DNA of 64,000 nt from Nemertoderma westbladi. Its lineage: Eukaryota > Animalia > Xenacoelomorpha. The notes under the pieces were generated by a model, which made no database searches, was not told where the DNA came from, and saw only the letters and a list, made by a program, of their open reading frames with translations. Position numbers and translations under genes: made by a program. Location: assembly GCA_032718475.1 (NCBI GenBank), contig JAUCBJ010001307.1, positions 21,891 through 85,890 of the forward strand, written 5' to 3'. Shown here piece after piece: positions 52,054-64,000 of the stretch (its first letter is position 1; every line of letters starts with the position of its first letter).

Positions 52054-52266
52054 ATGAAATTCATCATCATCGCTTTCTTTGTGTTCTTTGCTTTATGCGC
52101 AGTTAATGTTCACAGTCAGGAGTTATGGGCACACTGTTGCGAACTTGGTCCATGCCCTTTCCCTGAGCAGAATTACTGCGAATGGTTTATTACCTTTGAT
52201 AGTTGCGGAGCTTGTCACGCCGCAGCTGGTGGAGCTGATTGTGGTGGATGTGGGTGGCCATTTTAA
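52054..52266 (+). CDS. Small secreted cysteine-rich peptide precursor (70 aa)
   Basis: Signal peptide MKFIIIAFFVFFALCAVNVHS; 49-aa mature region with 8 Cys; aaaaATG context; upstream TATA-like tataag (~51935) and splice acceptor tttttacag (52029). Confidence 0.8.
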   Translation: MKFIIIAFFVFFALCAVNVHSQELWAHCCELGPCPFPEQNYCEWFITFDSCGACHAAAGGADCGGCGWPF

Positions 52267-53137
52267 AAGAAAATATCATTTGTTTCAGACTAAATTACTA
52301 TGAATAGCTGGTGATGGTGGATTTATTGAGTTATTGGTCTAACTGGGTTAAATAATGAATCCTTGGTATTGTTCCTATAATGTGCATGTTATGTAAAACA
52401 AAACAAAACAAAACAATATAATATACTGTAGTATATGTATGTATATATTGTAATTTTTGTGAAGGGTTTACAGTGGAAGATCACCCGTGTCAGTGAACAG
52501 ACATTCCCTTGCTGAACAAGCCTAAAAGATTCTCCCATTCTATTGTAATTTAGAAATAATTTTTTCAAATTGTTTTGCCATGCCAGTGACCTTTAAGAGA
52601 TGTCTCAAGAAATTCATGCTTATGTTCTCCATGAGGCTGTCAAAGAATAAGATTATGCACAGATGTCCTGTAGGTGGCATCGAACCCCATTGATTATTAC
52701 CGACCGATTATCTGGTACCCCTTTCACAGGGACTGGTCCATTCCAGCGATCAGTGCACCTACAGTGTTGTTTGGGCTTTGTATCTTATATACTATCTTAT
52801 ATACTTATTGCGATAGTAAAAGAGAAGCAATACAAATATTTTTTTCAACTTTATCCCTTTATCGACCTAGGAAGGCAGCTAGGTACCGGTACAAGCCTAC
52901 TACTTACTGACCTACATCTATACTTACACTACACTGCACTACTATAGTACTTGAGTGTGAGTCTATAAACGGAGGTAACTAATGACAGACCAAGCCGGCT
53001 CCGGCCAGAGTTTAGGTGAAGATCTGCAACAGGTTACTATTACTTACGCAAGGTTACACGTAGGTTACACAACTATTAATGCGCAAGGTGGTAATGGGAA
53101 ACGGCAATCCATGTGTTCTGGCTCTATTCAAAGTCAA

Positions 53138-54445
53138 ATGGAATCCAGTCAACCGCCAATAGTAATTGTTAACTCATGCTTAGCAGTACTGCTGCAACGG
53201 CTATCCTCTGACACAGCGCCTGCCGCTCAGGCATTTGTCTTGGCAAACTTCGTGCCGGAGGATATATAGGCTGCTAAAGTTGAATTATTCGAAAAGTTCG
53301 GGTTCGAGTCAATAAACCGGAAAGATACTAAGGATCGGTCTGCTGCTGCAGCAAATGCGCGGGACTTGTGGGATAAGCTCACTGATTTAGATAACAGCGG
53401 TACTTTACCTGTGATCGCTGTCCATGCATTAGAGATATGGAAGCTCCCGAAGGGACCAGGTAATAGGCCTAGTGACTCCATTCGAAATGGCGGCGGCCCC
53501 GGAAGATATGATGGAGTTGCCAATGTTGCTGACATAGATTGTGTAACCCGGCTGGCGGATATGGACGGAAAACTGGATAGAATTCAACAGTCAATTATTG
53601 ATAAAATTGATACTGTCATGGTCTCATCGAACACTCATCAATCTAACTCATTAGGCCTACCTGGTCGCGGATCTGCGCCATCGAGAAATTCATCTAGGGA
53701 GAGAGTTTTCACTACAGGTGCCCGTGGGACCTCCAATTCATATAGTGATGTTGTGTCTCGTAATACAGCATCCCCATCACAGCGTCCTCCTGCAGCTGCA
53801 AGACCCTCTTATTTCAGAAATGCGGTGGATTTATCGTCGCGCGACCCCCCATCTCGCATTGGATCTGGTACAGTTGTTCCAAAAATGAATACCGGGATTT
53901 ATCGGGCGAGCAATTATACGCCAAGTAGTGCTAAACGTCCCAGGCCAAACACTCCTGATGGTGATGATTGCCAAGAGCTGGCAGACGATGGCGTTGGGTA
54001 TACCATGGTTAAACCTAAGCGCAGGAATCGCCCACAGTGTGTAGTTGGTACAGGAGGCGGTGGGAATACGGGTTCTACAGGAACGAAGAAATCGAGGGCA
54101 GCGCCTGTTGATATTTTTGTGTTTCGAGTGGACAATGACACTCTCCCTGAACATCTGGTGGATGATTTGAAAGCGGGTGGTGTAACCGTAACGACAATGG
54201 CCATCAGGAAAATCTCACATGCCGATTCCCGTACCTCCAGCTTTAGAAATGCGATCCCAGCGCAACATCTGGAGGCCGCCTTATTACCTTCGGTATGGGA
54301 CAAGGGAGTATGTGTTCGCCCGTGGGTTTACTATTCCAAATCGAACAGAGCACAAGGTAAAGACACTGCTACCGGTAGTATCAAATCAAGCAGCGCTCAA
54401 ATAGAGGATAATACAGCTGGTAGTACGCGAGCTGATGACAGCTAA
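53138..54445 (+). pseudogene. LINE ORF1 with one in-frame stop (53267-53269)
   Basis: Same frame across the stop; EDI*AAK.EL...LP N-terminal pattern, short coiled coil, C-terminal DIFVFRV...SF...P.VW.KGV.VRPW RRM-like domain. Confidence 0.75.
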
Positions 54446-54471
54446 GTGTCGGAGCTACTCGCCAATCCGCT

Positions 54472-57400
54472 ATGGCTACTTCAACTTCTAAACTTAACAT
54501 TGTTTCTTACAATAGCACCGGCTTTGGTGTAGATAAAATAGATCTTATTAAATGTTTAGCCTTGGGAGCTGATATATTGTGTTTGCAAGAACATTTTGTT
54601 CTAAAGGCCAATCTGGGTTATATTCGTAAAGAGTTTCATCCTGAGTTTATTTGCTTCTCTGAACCGGCTATTTTTAAGAATGATTTGCAGTTGGGCCGAC
54701 CCGTAGCTGGTCTATCAATTTTAGTAAAACGCTCACTTAGTAACTATGTTAAACATATTAAGGCCAGAAATTTTAGAATTCAAACCATTAAATTAATTTT
54801 ACCTAGTATTTCTGTAGCAATTTTTAATGTTTATTTTCCAACGGATAGTCGCTCACTATCTGTTGTTTCAGATGAGCTATTGTTAATGTTAAATGATATA
54901 CGTGATTAATTTCAGAAACTAATTGCAACGGTGTAATATTAGCAGGAGATTTTAATGCCGATTTTGCTCGCAATACGGCCCATGTTACGTTAATAGACTC
55001 ATTTATTTCTGAACTGGGGGTCTGGTGGATGTTTGGTCTATTTTTCAGGTAGATTTTACATATTTACATACAGTTGATAATTGCACTTTTGCTTCCACGT
55101 TGGATCGTTTTATGTTATCTAGTTCATTGCTGGATACTTGTATTGAAGGTGGTGTGACACACCTTGGCTGTAATTTTTCCAATCATAGCCCGATTTTTGC
55201 AAAGTTCAATGTAAATAGTAGTGACACTATTACGTCAAACAACATTGGGTCACCTAACTCTGTGGGTAAACCTAATTTCAAAAGGGCGACTGCCGAGCAG
55301 AAGTCGGAATATATTAATGTGTTGAGATCTAATCTAGAGGCTATATCCAGTGAACTTCCAGTATGTGAGAATTTATTGTGTGATGATAATGTTCATGTCA
55401 ATGATATAGAATCGTTCGCTTTTGATTTAACAGAGGCCCTTAATGATGCAGCACAGAGCCTCCCACGTCCACCTCCACAGCGGGATAAACCTGATCAGCC
55501 TATATTGCCTGGTTGGAATGAACACGAGCGCCCATATAAGGAGGACGCGGTGTTTTGGCACAGTGTATGGATCTCAGCTGGTAGACCAAATGGGTCACAA
55601 AGTAATCTTTTTCACCTTAGACGTATGTCCAGGGGTCAGTATAAATATGCAGTTCGGAGATTGAAGGGTAGATTAGACACTATTCGTAAGGATAAATTTA
55701 TGCAAGCATGTCTAAATAATGGTTCAGATATCTTTGCGGAAATTAAGAAATTACGGGGTAAGCTTTCGACCCTTAGTACTTCAGTCGATGGGGTGAATGA
55801 TCCTGAGGGCATTGCCCTCACTTTCGCTTCCATTTACTCTAAATTGTACAATCAGAATTATAACTCGGATATGTCTAATCTGGAATTGCTTATTCGGGAT
55901 GGCATTGGTAGTTTAAATAGCAATGATATAGAATCTATAACCCCTCAATTGGTATCAGCTGCTATCTTAAAACTGAAATCGGGAAAGTCTGACGTTTCAG
56001 GAGATTTTAACTCAGATTGCTTCATACATGCGGCTCAAGTTTTATCTGAGCCACTCCCGAATTTGTTTAATGCTTGCCTGGTTCATGGTTTTGTACCAAA
56101 GTTTCTCCTTATGTCGTCATTGGTCCCCTTAATTAAAGACAAGCTCAGAGATGTAGCTAGTACATCTAATTATCGTGCCATTGCTATCTCTTCATTATTT
56201 TTGAAGACTTTAGAATGGGTGATGGTTTTATCGCAAGGAGATTCTTTGAAAGTAGACGAGCTTCAGTTTGGCTTTCAGAGAGATTCCAGCACGACATCTT
56301 GTAGCTGGGCAGCCAGCGAGGTGATATCATATTACTCGCGTTTCTCCACCCCGGTCGGTACATGGTTGTTTTTTAGACCTGTCTAAAGCGTTTGACCTAG
56401 TCAATTGGGTTTCATTGTTTATGGAACTCTTGAAGAATGGGTTTTCTGTACTTTTCCTTCGGACGTTGTTGTTCGTTTATCGAGGTCAGACTTGCTGTGT
56501 TAAATGGGGGTCGTCAAGTTCAGATGCATTTGGCATTTGTAATGGAGTAAGACAAGGGTCGGTAGCGTCGCCGCTATTATTTTGTGTAATCCTAAATTCT
56601 CTTGTTGAAAAGCTCCGGAAGTCCGGTATAGGGTGCAATATTAGCTCCAGATATTTTGGTGTGATGATTTATGCGGACGATATCCTACTTTTATGCCCGA
56701 CAATTGCCGGTTTACAAGTTATGATGAATATTTGTAGCGATTTCGCAGTCCAGAATAATATGATTTTCAGCACAAATAAAGACCCCAATAAGAGTAAAAG
56801 TAAGTGCATTCCGTTTGGGTTTACCTGGTCACCACCTAACTGTAATATTGTATTAAATGGCTCCTCCCTTCATTGGGTTAAGCAAGCCACCCATTTGGGT
56901 AATATATTTCATTTTAGTGGTAGATTTACCAGTGATGTAATGTCAAAACGCGGTAAATTTATTGGTAAATTAGTTAGTTTACGAGGGAATTATATTTTAA
57001 CTACCCTTATACGTTATCCAATTTGCAACGTATTTATTGCACGAGTTTTTATGGTAGTCAATTGTGGGATCTATGGTCGGATGATGTTTTAAGATTGGTG
57101 ACATCGTGGCATATTAACGTTCGCCTTGTTTGCGGGTTACCACTAAATACGCATCGTTTTATTGTAGAGGGATTGGTACCCTTCGCTCATCCCTATAGTA
57201 TGATGTGCAGTAGGTTTTTATCTTTTGCACAGTCGTTATTGCATAGTAATAAACCCTCAATTAAATTTCTTGCAACGTTATGTTTATTTGATTGTAGGAC
57301 AGTGTCTGGTGCGAATTTATATCATATTATTAATAAATGTCAAGTAGGTTTCAATAATATTTCAAAACGGCTATGGAATAATGTCACTTGGTTCCCAGAC

Positions 57401-57526
57401 AGTAGATCATCATATATAGTGCCTGTGTGTAGAGAATTAGTTGATTATAACAATGGATCTCTAAATATTCCCGGTTTCAGTTCGGTTGAACTTAATGATA
57501 TTTTGGTAAATATTTGTTCGCGTTAG
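54472..57526 (+). pseudogene. LINE ORF2 (APE endonuclease + RT) with about three frameshifts
   Basis: SYN.TG, LCLQEH, GDFNAD, LDRF, SNH; QFGF, DLSKAFD, GVRQGSVASP, YADD. Confidence 0.9.
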
Positions 57527-58116
57527 ACATTCGTGTTACTACTTAACTGTTTATAATTAAACATCTGTTGTATCATCTGTCGATTAGTGCTATAATTATT
57601 CTTCTGTACTGTGTACTATGCTGTTTAGTTGATTTATTTTTCTTTTTGTTCTGTTATAACATATGTAGTCTGTACCCGGCATAAAAAAAAATAAAATAAA
57701 AATAAAAAAAAAAATGCACCGAGATACCTCTCTGTCCTCAGTAATACCTGATGCCATATCAGCTCGCTAATACACTCTACATATGTATCCTCAATAAGCC
57801 ACGGAAGTATGAGTTTGAATTTATATTCGTAGCCAACATATTTGGATGTAATGGCGTTGCTACTACTACTACAACTTTTTGGTCGAGCGTGCTCGAACAT
57901 TGTTGCGCTGCCTGATGAGAGCTTCTGCACAGATTTATTTTCTGATGTGCAGTGTTCACCGAAATGGATTTTTGATGTATATGTAGGGTGATGTTAAGTT
58001 TAATAACTGGACCGTTGATGCATATTTCCTGAATTCGGTGACATAACATGGCATTTACTGGAAGTAATTAGTTTATTTTTGAGATTTGATTTATTTTTGA
58101 TAATATAATTATTAAT

Positions 58117-61100
58117 TTACAAATTATAACACTCATTGTTCGCACACTTGCAATACAAATTACAAGGCACCTTTAGAGCCTGGCAACTACATCTTGCAGT
58201 AGAACAAGGTCTTTGAGAATTGCATCTACAGGATGCTATTTGTAATATAGGCTCTGGAGCCATTGCTGGTACACCTGGATCTGGTTTAAGTTTGTTAGCG
58301 GCCGACAACATCCAACCAAAGTTTGTTGGTTCTAGTGGTGGCTGAGTAATGTCCCCAGCAGCTCTCCAGAATAATAACTGCAATCTCGCTCTTCTTATAT
58401 GCTGGACTGCTGAGACATCAGTTGGAGGTAAACTTCGTATCTGGAATAAATAAGAAATTATAATTTTATTTTGTGCATGATATTTCGCAAAACTAGGTTA
58501 GCTTGCTGGAATTAGATGTACAGTAGTGCGAGTATACGCAAAATAAAAATAGTCACAATACGAGTTCCTGTTCTAGTATTATATATACAGCGCTGGTTGT
58601 ACACTATTAACGGTTGATCACCCATTAAATTAATAACATAATAATTTTCTTACCTTTGGGGGATGTTTGGCTGTAGTAAACACTTTGTATCTTAGCTCAT
58701 TCAATGATTTGGGCGCCCCTTCGCCTAAAGACCGATATAGGTTTAACAGAAATACATTGCCAGCTTTTAACCAATCATCTTCTTCGGCAAAGGGGTCAGT
58801 AAACGCGGTCAATGTGCTATTCATGGAAGGGAGCAACTTTAAAGCTGTCTTCTTTCCTTTACGGAAGGGAAATGAAACAGTATCACAGCCTGTCAAGCAA
58901 TGTAAAGCAAGCAGACTGTGACACTTATCCTTTAATGCTGCAGCTGTTGCGTTTATGTCAATAACTTTTCCTGAGAATCGTTTCAAAGTTATTTTTGTAG
59001 CTGGTTTCATATTCCAAAAAAAGAACAATAAAAGTACAAATATATCTGTATCATCCGCAGTAATCTGGATATGATTAAATTCATTAATAAACTTTAACAT
59101 ATAACTAATGATTATAACATCTCCTTCCTCATGTTTGAATTCCGAGTTATTTTCACCCACTAAGCACAGATTTGAATCCTTGTGGTCGTAGGCGTGGTTG
59201 CATAATATATCAATGAGTTGCTTTTTGCTGTTTTCACATTTCATGACTGAGTCTCTTGGTGGTAATGTTGTATCTGGATTCAAATCGTATTGTATTCCGC
59301 TTCCTTTTGAATTTTTCTGTCTCCGTTCTCTCTCATAAGATTTAGTACTGTTGTGACTGTAGTGATCAAATATAATAAATGTTTTGTGAGAGTTTGTGTA
59401 TTTAGTGGTGAAGTTTTCACATAAAGTTTTCACACTAGATCTACTTGGCCAGTGTATATGGTATAATGAGGCATTCCCATCGACCAGTTCCAAGTCTACA
59501 GGTTCAAGAGTATCACAATATTGTGCAATGCAAAATAATGCCGATTTTTGGCCACTGCGCATGCATCCATTTTCATTGAAAAGTGAGGGAGGAAATGGTG
59601 ACAGCTCGAAATTGAATAATGTGGCTAACTCGATATGTTGTTGTTGTGCAATAACAAGAAGATGTCCGTACAGTTTCTCTGAATCGCAATAACTCATTGG
59701 TGCTATATCGCACTTGATATGTTTAGCCATTGTAACTACTTCTTGTTTAATGGGTGAGTAGAAGGATTCTGGGAGGCCGGATATAAACCTATTTAACCCT
59801 TTGGTGCCAATATCAACAGAATTGTCCACATTTACAGCAGGAGAAGCGACATGTCCATCAACAATATTAATCAATTTATTACTGTAACAGTTCAAGAAAG
59901 GATTGGCACTTTTTTTCAGAGCAGCTGCTATACTCTTTCTATCCTTTGCGTCAAGTGCTCTCCGTTTCTCGGATTCTTCCCTATGTTTACTATTGACCTG
60001 ACTTAGGATCTTCATCTAACATCGTTTCTACAGCCATCGAGAACATGTTACTTATGTGGTGTGATAAGACCCAAACTGATGTCTGTTCCTCTGAGAGAGT
60101 CTTTCCAACTAAGCCACCTTTGGATTTTCCATACCGAATATATGTTTGCTCGCCAAATTGATCTTGGAAGACAGAATTCCACACACCATTATGATGACGG
60201 CAGACAAACTCACCATTGATAAAGGCATCATAAACATCCAGAGGAAGCATGTTCTCCATTTCGTGGACATGCCATGTCAAATATCTTGCATAGTTGTAAT
60301 GACCAGCAGCAAACATATACGGTAACATCATTCTCATTGCATATAAGTAAAGTAGCCAATCATTGTTATTCTTAGCTGTGATAAATATGTTGATAATGGA
60401 TACAGGAGTTATCAAGCAATCAACCCATAGACGTCCTGTTCTTGAATTACGAATATTTTCTAGAGAGGATTGAACCATATCTAAGGTACTGTCAGGTAAT
60501 ATTATTTCTTTAATTACTTCCGATGCCACCATCCGAAAAGCTCTTATGGCTTTCGGCCAGACTTTTCCATTTACCATATTTGATACTCCTTTAAAAGTAG
60601 AGCTCAATACATCCTCGAAACCACTTCCATTCATCAAGATCCCTATGCACCCTACAAATGACATTAGAGTATGCATCCCCCCTGGGCTTGCAATTAAGTT
60701 AACCCATCTTTCTGGGTCAGACCATTTAATCCGTAACACTAGTTTATAGATCGCCATGTCAACACATATATGAACATAAGGCATATTATTCTTGCGGAGT
60801 TGTTCTTCTGACCAGGAAAGTACAGTCAAAATCGTGTCACAATTGGTAGGTGGAGAATCAATCAATGGTCCAAAAATGAACCGAGTAGGACCTTCAGGTA
60901 TGTGGCCTTCTTCTCGTGATTTACATTGCATGAAACCTGACCATTCCATTGGATTTGTTACACTGTTATGGTGAACTGATACTAACCAAGCGACATCGGT
61001 TTTCAATGCTGAGTTTAAGCGTTTAACAGTTTCAAAAATCAAATGGGAAGAGTGCCGTTGGTAAACAAATGCTGGTGGTAATGGTTTTATTTCCCCATTG

Positions 61101-64000
61101 AATTGGAGAGAATCGATAGCAGTTAGATTTCTTACCCTTAATAAGTTTAATTCCTTTTTACTAGATATTCTAGGAATGTTTATTTCATATGGTTTAGCAC
61201 TCCCTCCACTTGATAGCTGTGTGAACTCTAAAGCTGTAGCGTGCGTTTCTCGACATCCATTTGGTGTATAAACTTGTAAGTCAAAATTATCACACCACAC
61301 ACTAATTATATTTGGACTATCATTGAATACATCTTTGAAACAGAAGTCACATTCACTGGAATACTTCGCGGCCGATTTGCGAAATCTTAACACTTCATCA
61401 TAACTTGCAATGTATCCACTCGAGTGTAAAATATCAATAAGTTCCCTGGATCCAAACTGGAAGTGTAGCTTTATAGCCAAACCAAGCGTGGTCTGATTAT
61501 ACGATTTACTGACTTGTGATTGTATTGATTGAGCGAGACATATACTCTCCCTGGACAATTCCCCATCTGACACTAAGGTTGAAACGAATTCCAATAATGT
61601 TGGGCTTGTGAATTGAAGAGCACTTCCCTTTGAGAAATCTCTCAACCTGTAAGAAGTTTTAGTGTCCATATATTTCCTTAAGTTTGTAACCTCAGTACAA
61701 ATTTTGCGGCATATAATGGCGATGTCAGTTCTCTCCTCGTCATTACTGGTCACCAGTTTTATAGCATTTGGTAACGCCTCTTTAAAACAAATTAATGAAG
61801 CACATCCCTCTATTTTCAAAATAGCTAGCCCATTTCCAAAATGGTCTTTTAACATATTAATTAGCTCGAAGCGATCTTTCCGAATCTTTGAAGATGGATT
61901 AGGTCCACTATCATGTTCTGAAACATAATAAATACAGTTTAATCATCAACCCGCAATAAAATTATGAAATTTTGTAGATTTTTTTATGAATGAAATTGAA
62001 AGAATTAAAAAAAAATTTAATGAAACAATTTATTTTTGCAAGATGACCGGTTTTCCTAGAAACTTGGCCGTATTACTAACGCTTCTATGGGTACATTTAT
62101 TGTAAGTATAAGAAATATTAGAGTATTACTATGTAAATTTGGCGCTATAGAAATTGTTTTATCATTATTATTATTATTAAATATACTAACAACAATATCA
62201 CTCATACTTACTAAAATGTAAATCTCACCTGTAATGTTTCTAGAATAACTATTAAACAAATCGTATAGTTCAACGGAAGTCCATATCGCCGAAGGTTTGT
62301 AGCGCATTTCTTCTACAATACGATCAAATGCTTGTCCTATGTGATTACAAGAAACATGCTCTTTGTCCTCAACAACATTATCATTAATATTAGGTTGCAC
62401 ATGTTCCTTACGAAGGGCCGTTAGAATATTCCTCTCCGCTGGTGATAAAAACATAAAAATATATTTATATTATAACATAATATTTCGCTCATGTATCATA
62501 TAAACCAGACATTATTTTATATTTTAGGAATACACAGTGCCGGTGGCTGCCAGAAAAAACACCAGCTACATCAATTTCTATAAATAATCACCAAAGTTTG
62601 GTTCTTATAGTTAATATTTTTAGTTATAGTTATAGTTATATATTTAATTTTAATATAGTTTTAGTACTGTAGTTTTGTTTCACTAGCTAATTAAATCTAC
62701 AGAACTAGCTAGCAAAATACACTAGCTACCTGAAATTACTCAGTTACGATTTCACTTACTCTGAAATCACTTTTTAATGTTACTTCGCAACTTCTTTGGT
62801 ACTACAGTACTACCACACGATGTTAAAAAATTAATAAGCTGTAGGCCTAAACTATTATAATATCATCAATATTTTTGGTCATGAATATATTCTTGCAACA
62901 GTTAGAACCTGAAATATCAATGTTTTAACATTTTTTGTAAAATTTCAAAATATACTAGCTAAACTAAAAATAGAACAATAGCTACCTTAATACATAATAT
63001 CTACTAATGTTCTAGAAGACTAACCAACACAAAAATAAAAAAAAATATTTTTAAAATTTAAAAATACTAGCTAGTAAAAAAAATACTAGCTACCATAAAA
63101 AACATGATGTTCGAGAACATTCTTCAATACCAAGTAATGTAAGTCCCAGAGGGGTACCGGTATCTTTTCACAAGGAATAATAATAATAGCGCACATTACA
63201 GTAGAAAAAGCCATTTATAATAATATTCGAACGTTTAAAATAATTAATATACACAAAAAAGGGTCTGGTAAAAAAAAATGGCAGGGGGTGTTGACAGGGC
63301 GAAGTAGTACCCACTTTTTAAACACTCACTTCATATTAAATGGTGGCATAAAATATGTAAAATACAATACCTGTAAAAGTGACGTAACAACTTCGATGGT
63401 ATCGGGCTCCCAAAGTACTTAAGTCACCAAGCTCACCATCTCCCAAATCCAAACGAATCTTCACTTTCGCAGCCAATTCGTCGTATCGCAGCAATCTGGT
63501 TTCGCAAATAGCCAGCAATTCCTTTCTAAGGTTGCCATCGCTGCATCTTATCACACGTTTCCAACGTTTAGGATTTTTGGGATCTATCGCCTTACATTCC
63601 TCCCCGCAGATAAGGCAATCTCTCTCAAAATTAAATGGCACTATAGATCGCAATTTTTTAATTGTGTTTGTCGAAGCTGGTAAAGGCCATGATACACCAC
63701 AGGAGCGGCGAGCAGCAGCGGCGGGCGGCCGCGGCAAGCGGCGGGCGGCCGCGGCAAGCGCGGGCGGCCGCGGCAAGCGGCCGATGTGAGCGGTGACTTT
63801 TAGTATGATACACTATAGGAGCAGCGAGCGGCAGCAGCCATTTGTGGTGTATCATCACCCATAGAAAATTCTTAATCTATAAATCTATTTTTAAAAAGTG
63901 GCCGCTTGCCGCGGCCGCTCGCCGCTCCTGTGGTGTATCATGGCCTTAAGCAATCCCCGCCCCCACCCCTCTTTAGGATCTTTTTCATTGCTTAATGTAA
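58117..64000 (-). mobile_element. Academ (AcademX) DNA transposon gene: transposase + XPG-like nuclease + Cys8 finger; spliced, one frameshift, MITE insertion; continues beyond the window
   Basis: Exons about 64000-63371, 62436-62229, 61917-58654 and 58440-58117 with phase-consistent GT-AG introns; motifs YHRSCY, DNFD...TH, DMAIY, GGMH, NYARY, DQFGEQT; XPG-like VDGN, IFD.Y, HEEGD, DDTD, LTGCDTVS..GKK; terminal CRC..C...CSC...C...CKC...C. Confidence 0.85.
63684..63946. mobile_element. Harbinger-type MITE inserted in the Academ coding exon
   Basis: 30-bp TIR aggccatgatacaccacaggagcggcgagc; TAA TSD (63681-63683, 63947-63949); excision restores the frame ...GWGGDCLPASTNTIKKLRS. Confidence 0.9.

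Larger units (their letters stand above)
52950..57714 (+). mobile_element. Near full-length two-ORF APE-type LINE (RTE-X/CR1-like; clade not established)
   Basis: ORF1, then APE-RT ORF2, short 3' UTR and A-rich tail at 57683-57714; 5' boundary approximate; no TSD found. Confidence 0.85.

Noticed and set aside
23119-52266. Ligand-receptor pairing between the GPCRs and the secreted peptide
   Set aside because: Only loose linkage (over 21 kb apart); nothing in the sequence supports a functional connection
57880-57970. GTC...CTGATGAG...GAAA hammerhead candidate
   Set aside because: Stem II does not close adjacent to GAAA and stem III cannot pair with the GUC triplet
63336-63858. Ala/Arg-rich N-termini in predicted ORFs
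   Set aside because: Derived from GC-rich internal repeats of the inserted MITE, not from the Academ protein

Overview
This is an AT-rich, repeat-dense stretch of a eukaryotic genome, most likely an invertebrate animal; the organism cannot be identified from the sequence. Most of the window is transposon-derived. Retroelements: a near-full RTE LINE with a 28-bp TSD, many RTE fragments, Penelope, CRE and CR1-like fragments, a two-ORF APE LINE, an RT-deleted Gypsy-like element with ~100-bp LTRs, and tRNA-derived SINEs. DNA transposons: hATm-like, IS3EU-like, a near-intact Sola2, Harbinger, an intron-containing AcademX, and several MITEs. Likely host genes are two intronless divergent GPCRs (minus strand) and a 70-aa secreted 8-Cys peptide. 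The least explained features are: a decayed ~3-kb orphan ORF (3663-6707) with its own TATA box, C-terminal NLS, polyA signal and weak inverted ends; a satellite with hammerhead-like topology; and a 28-nt PBS that copies a tRNA T-arm with a substitution at position 58. All family calls come from motif recognition by eye, not database searches.
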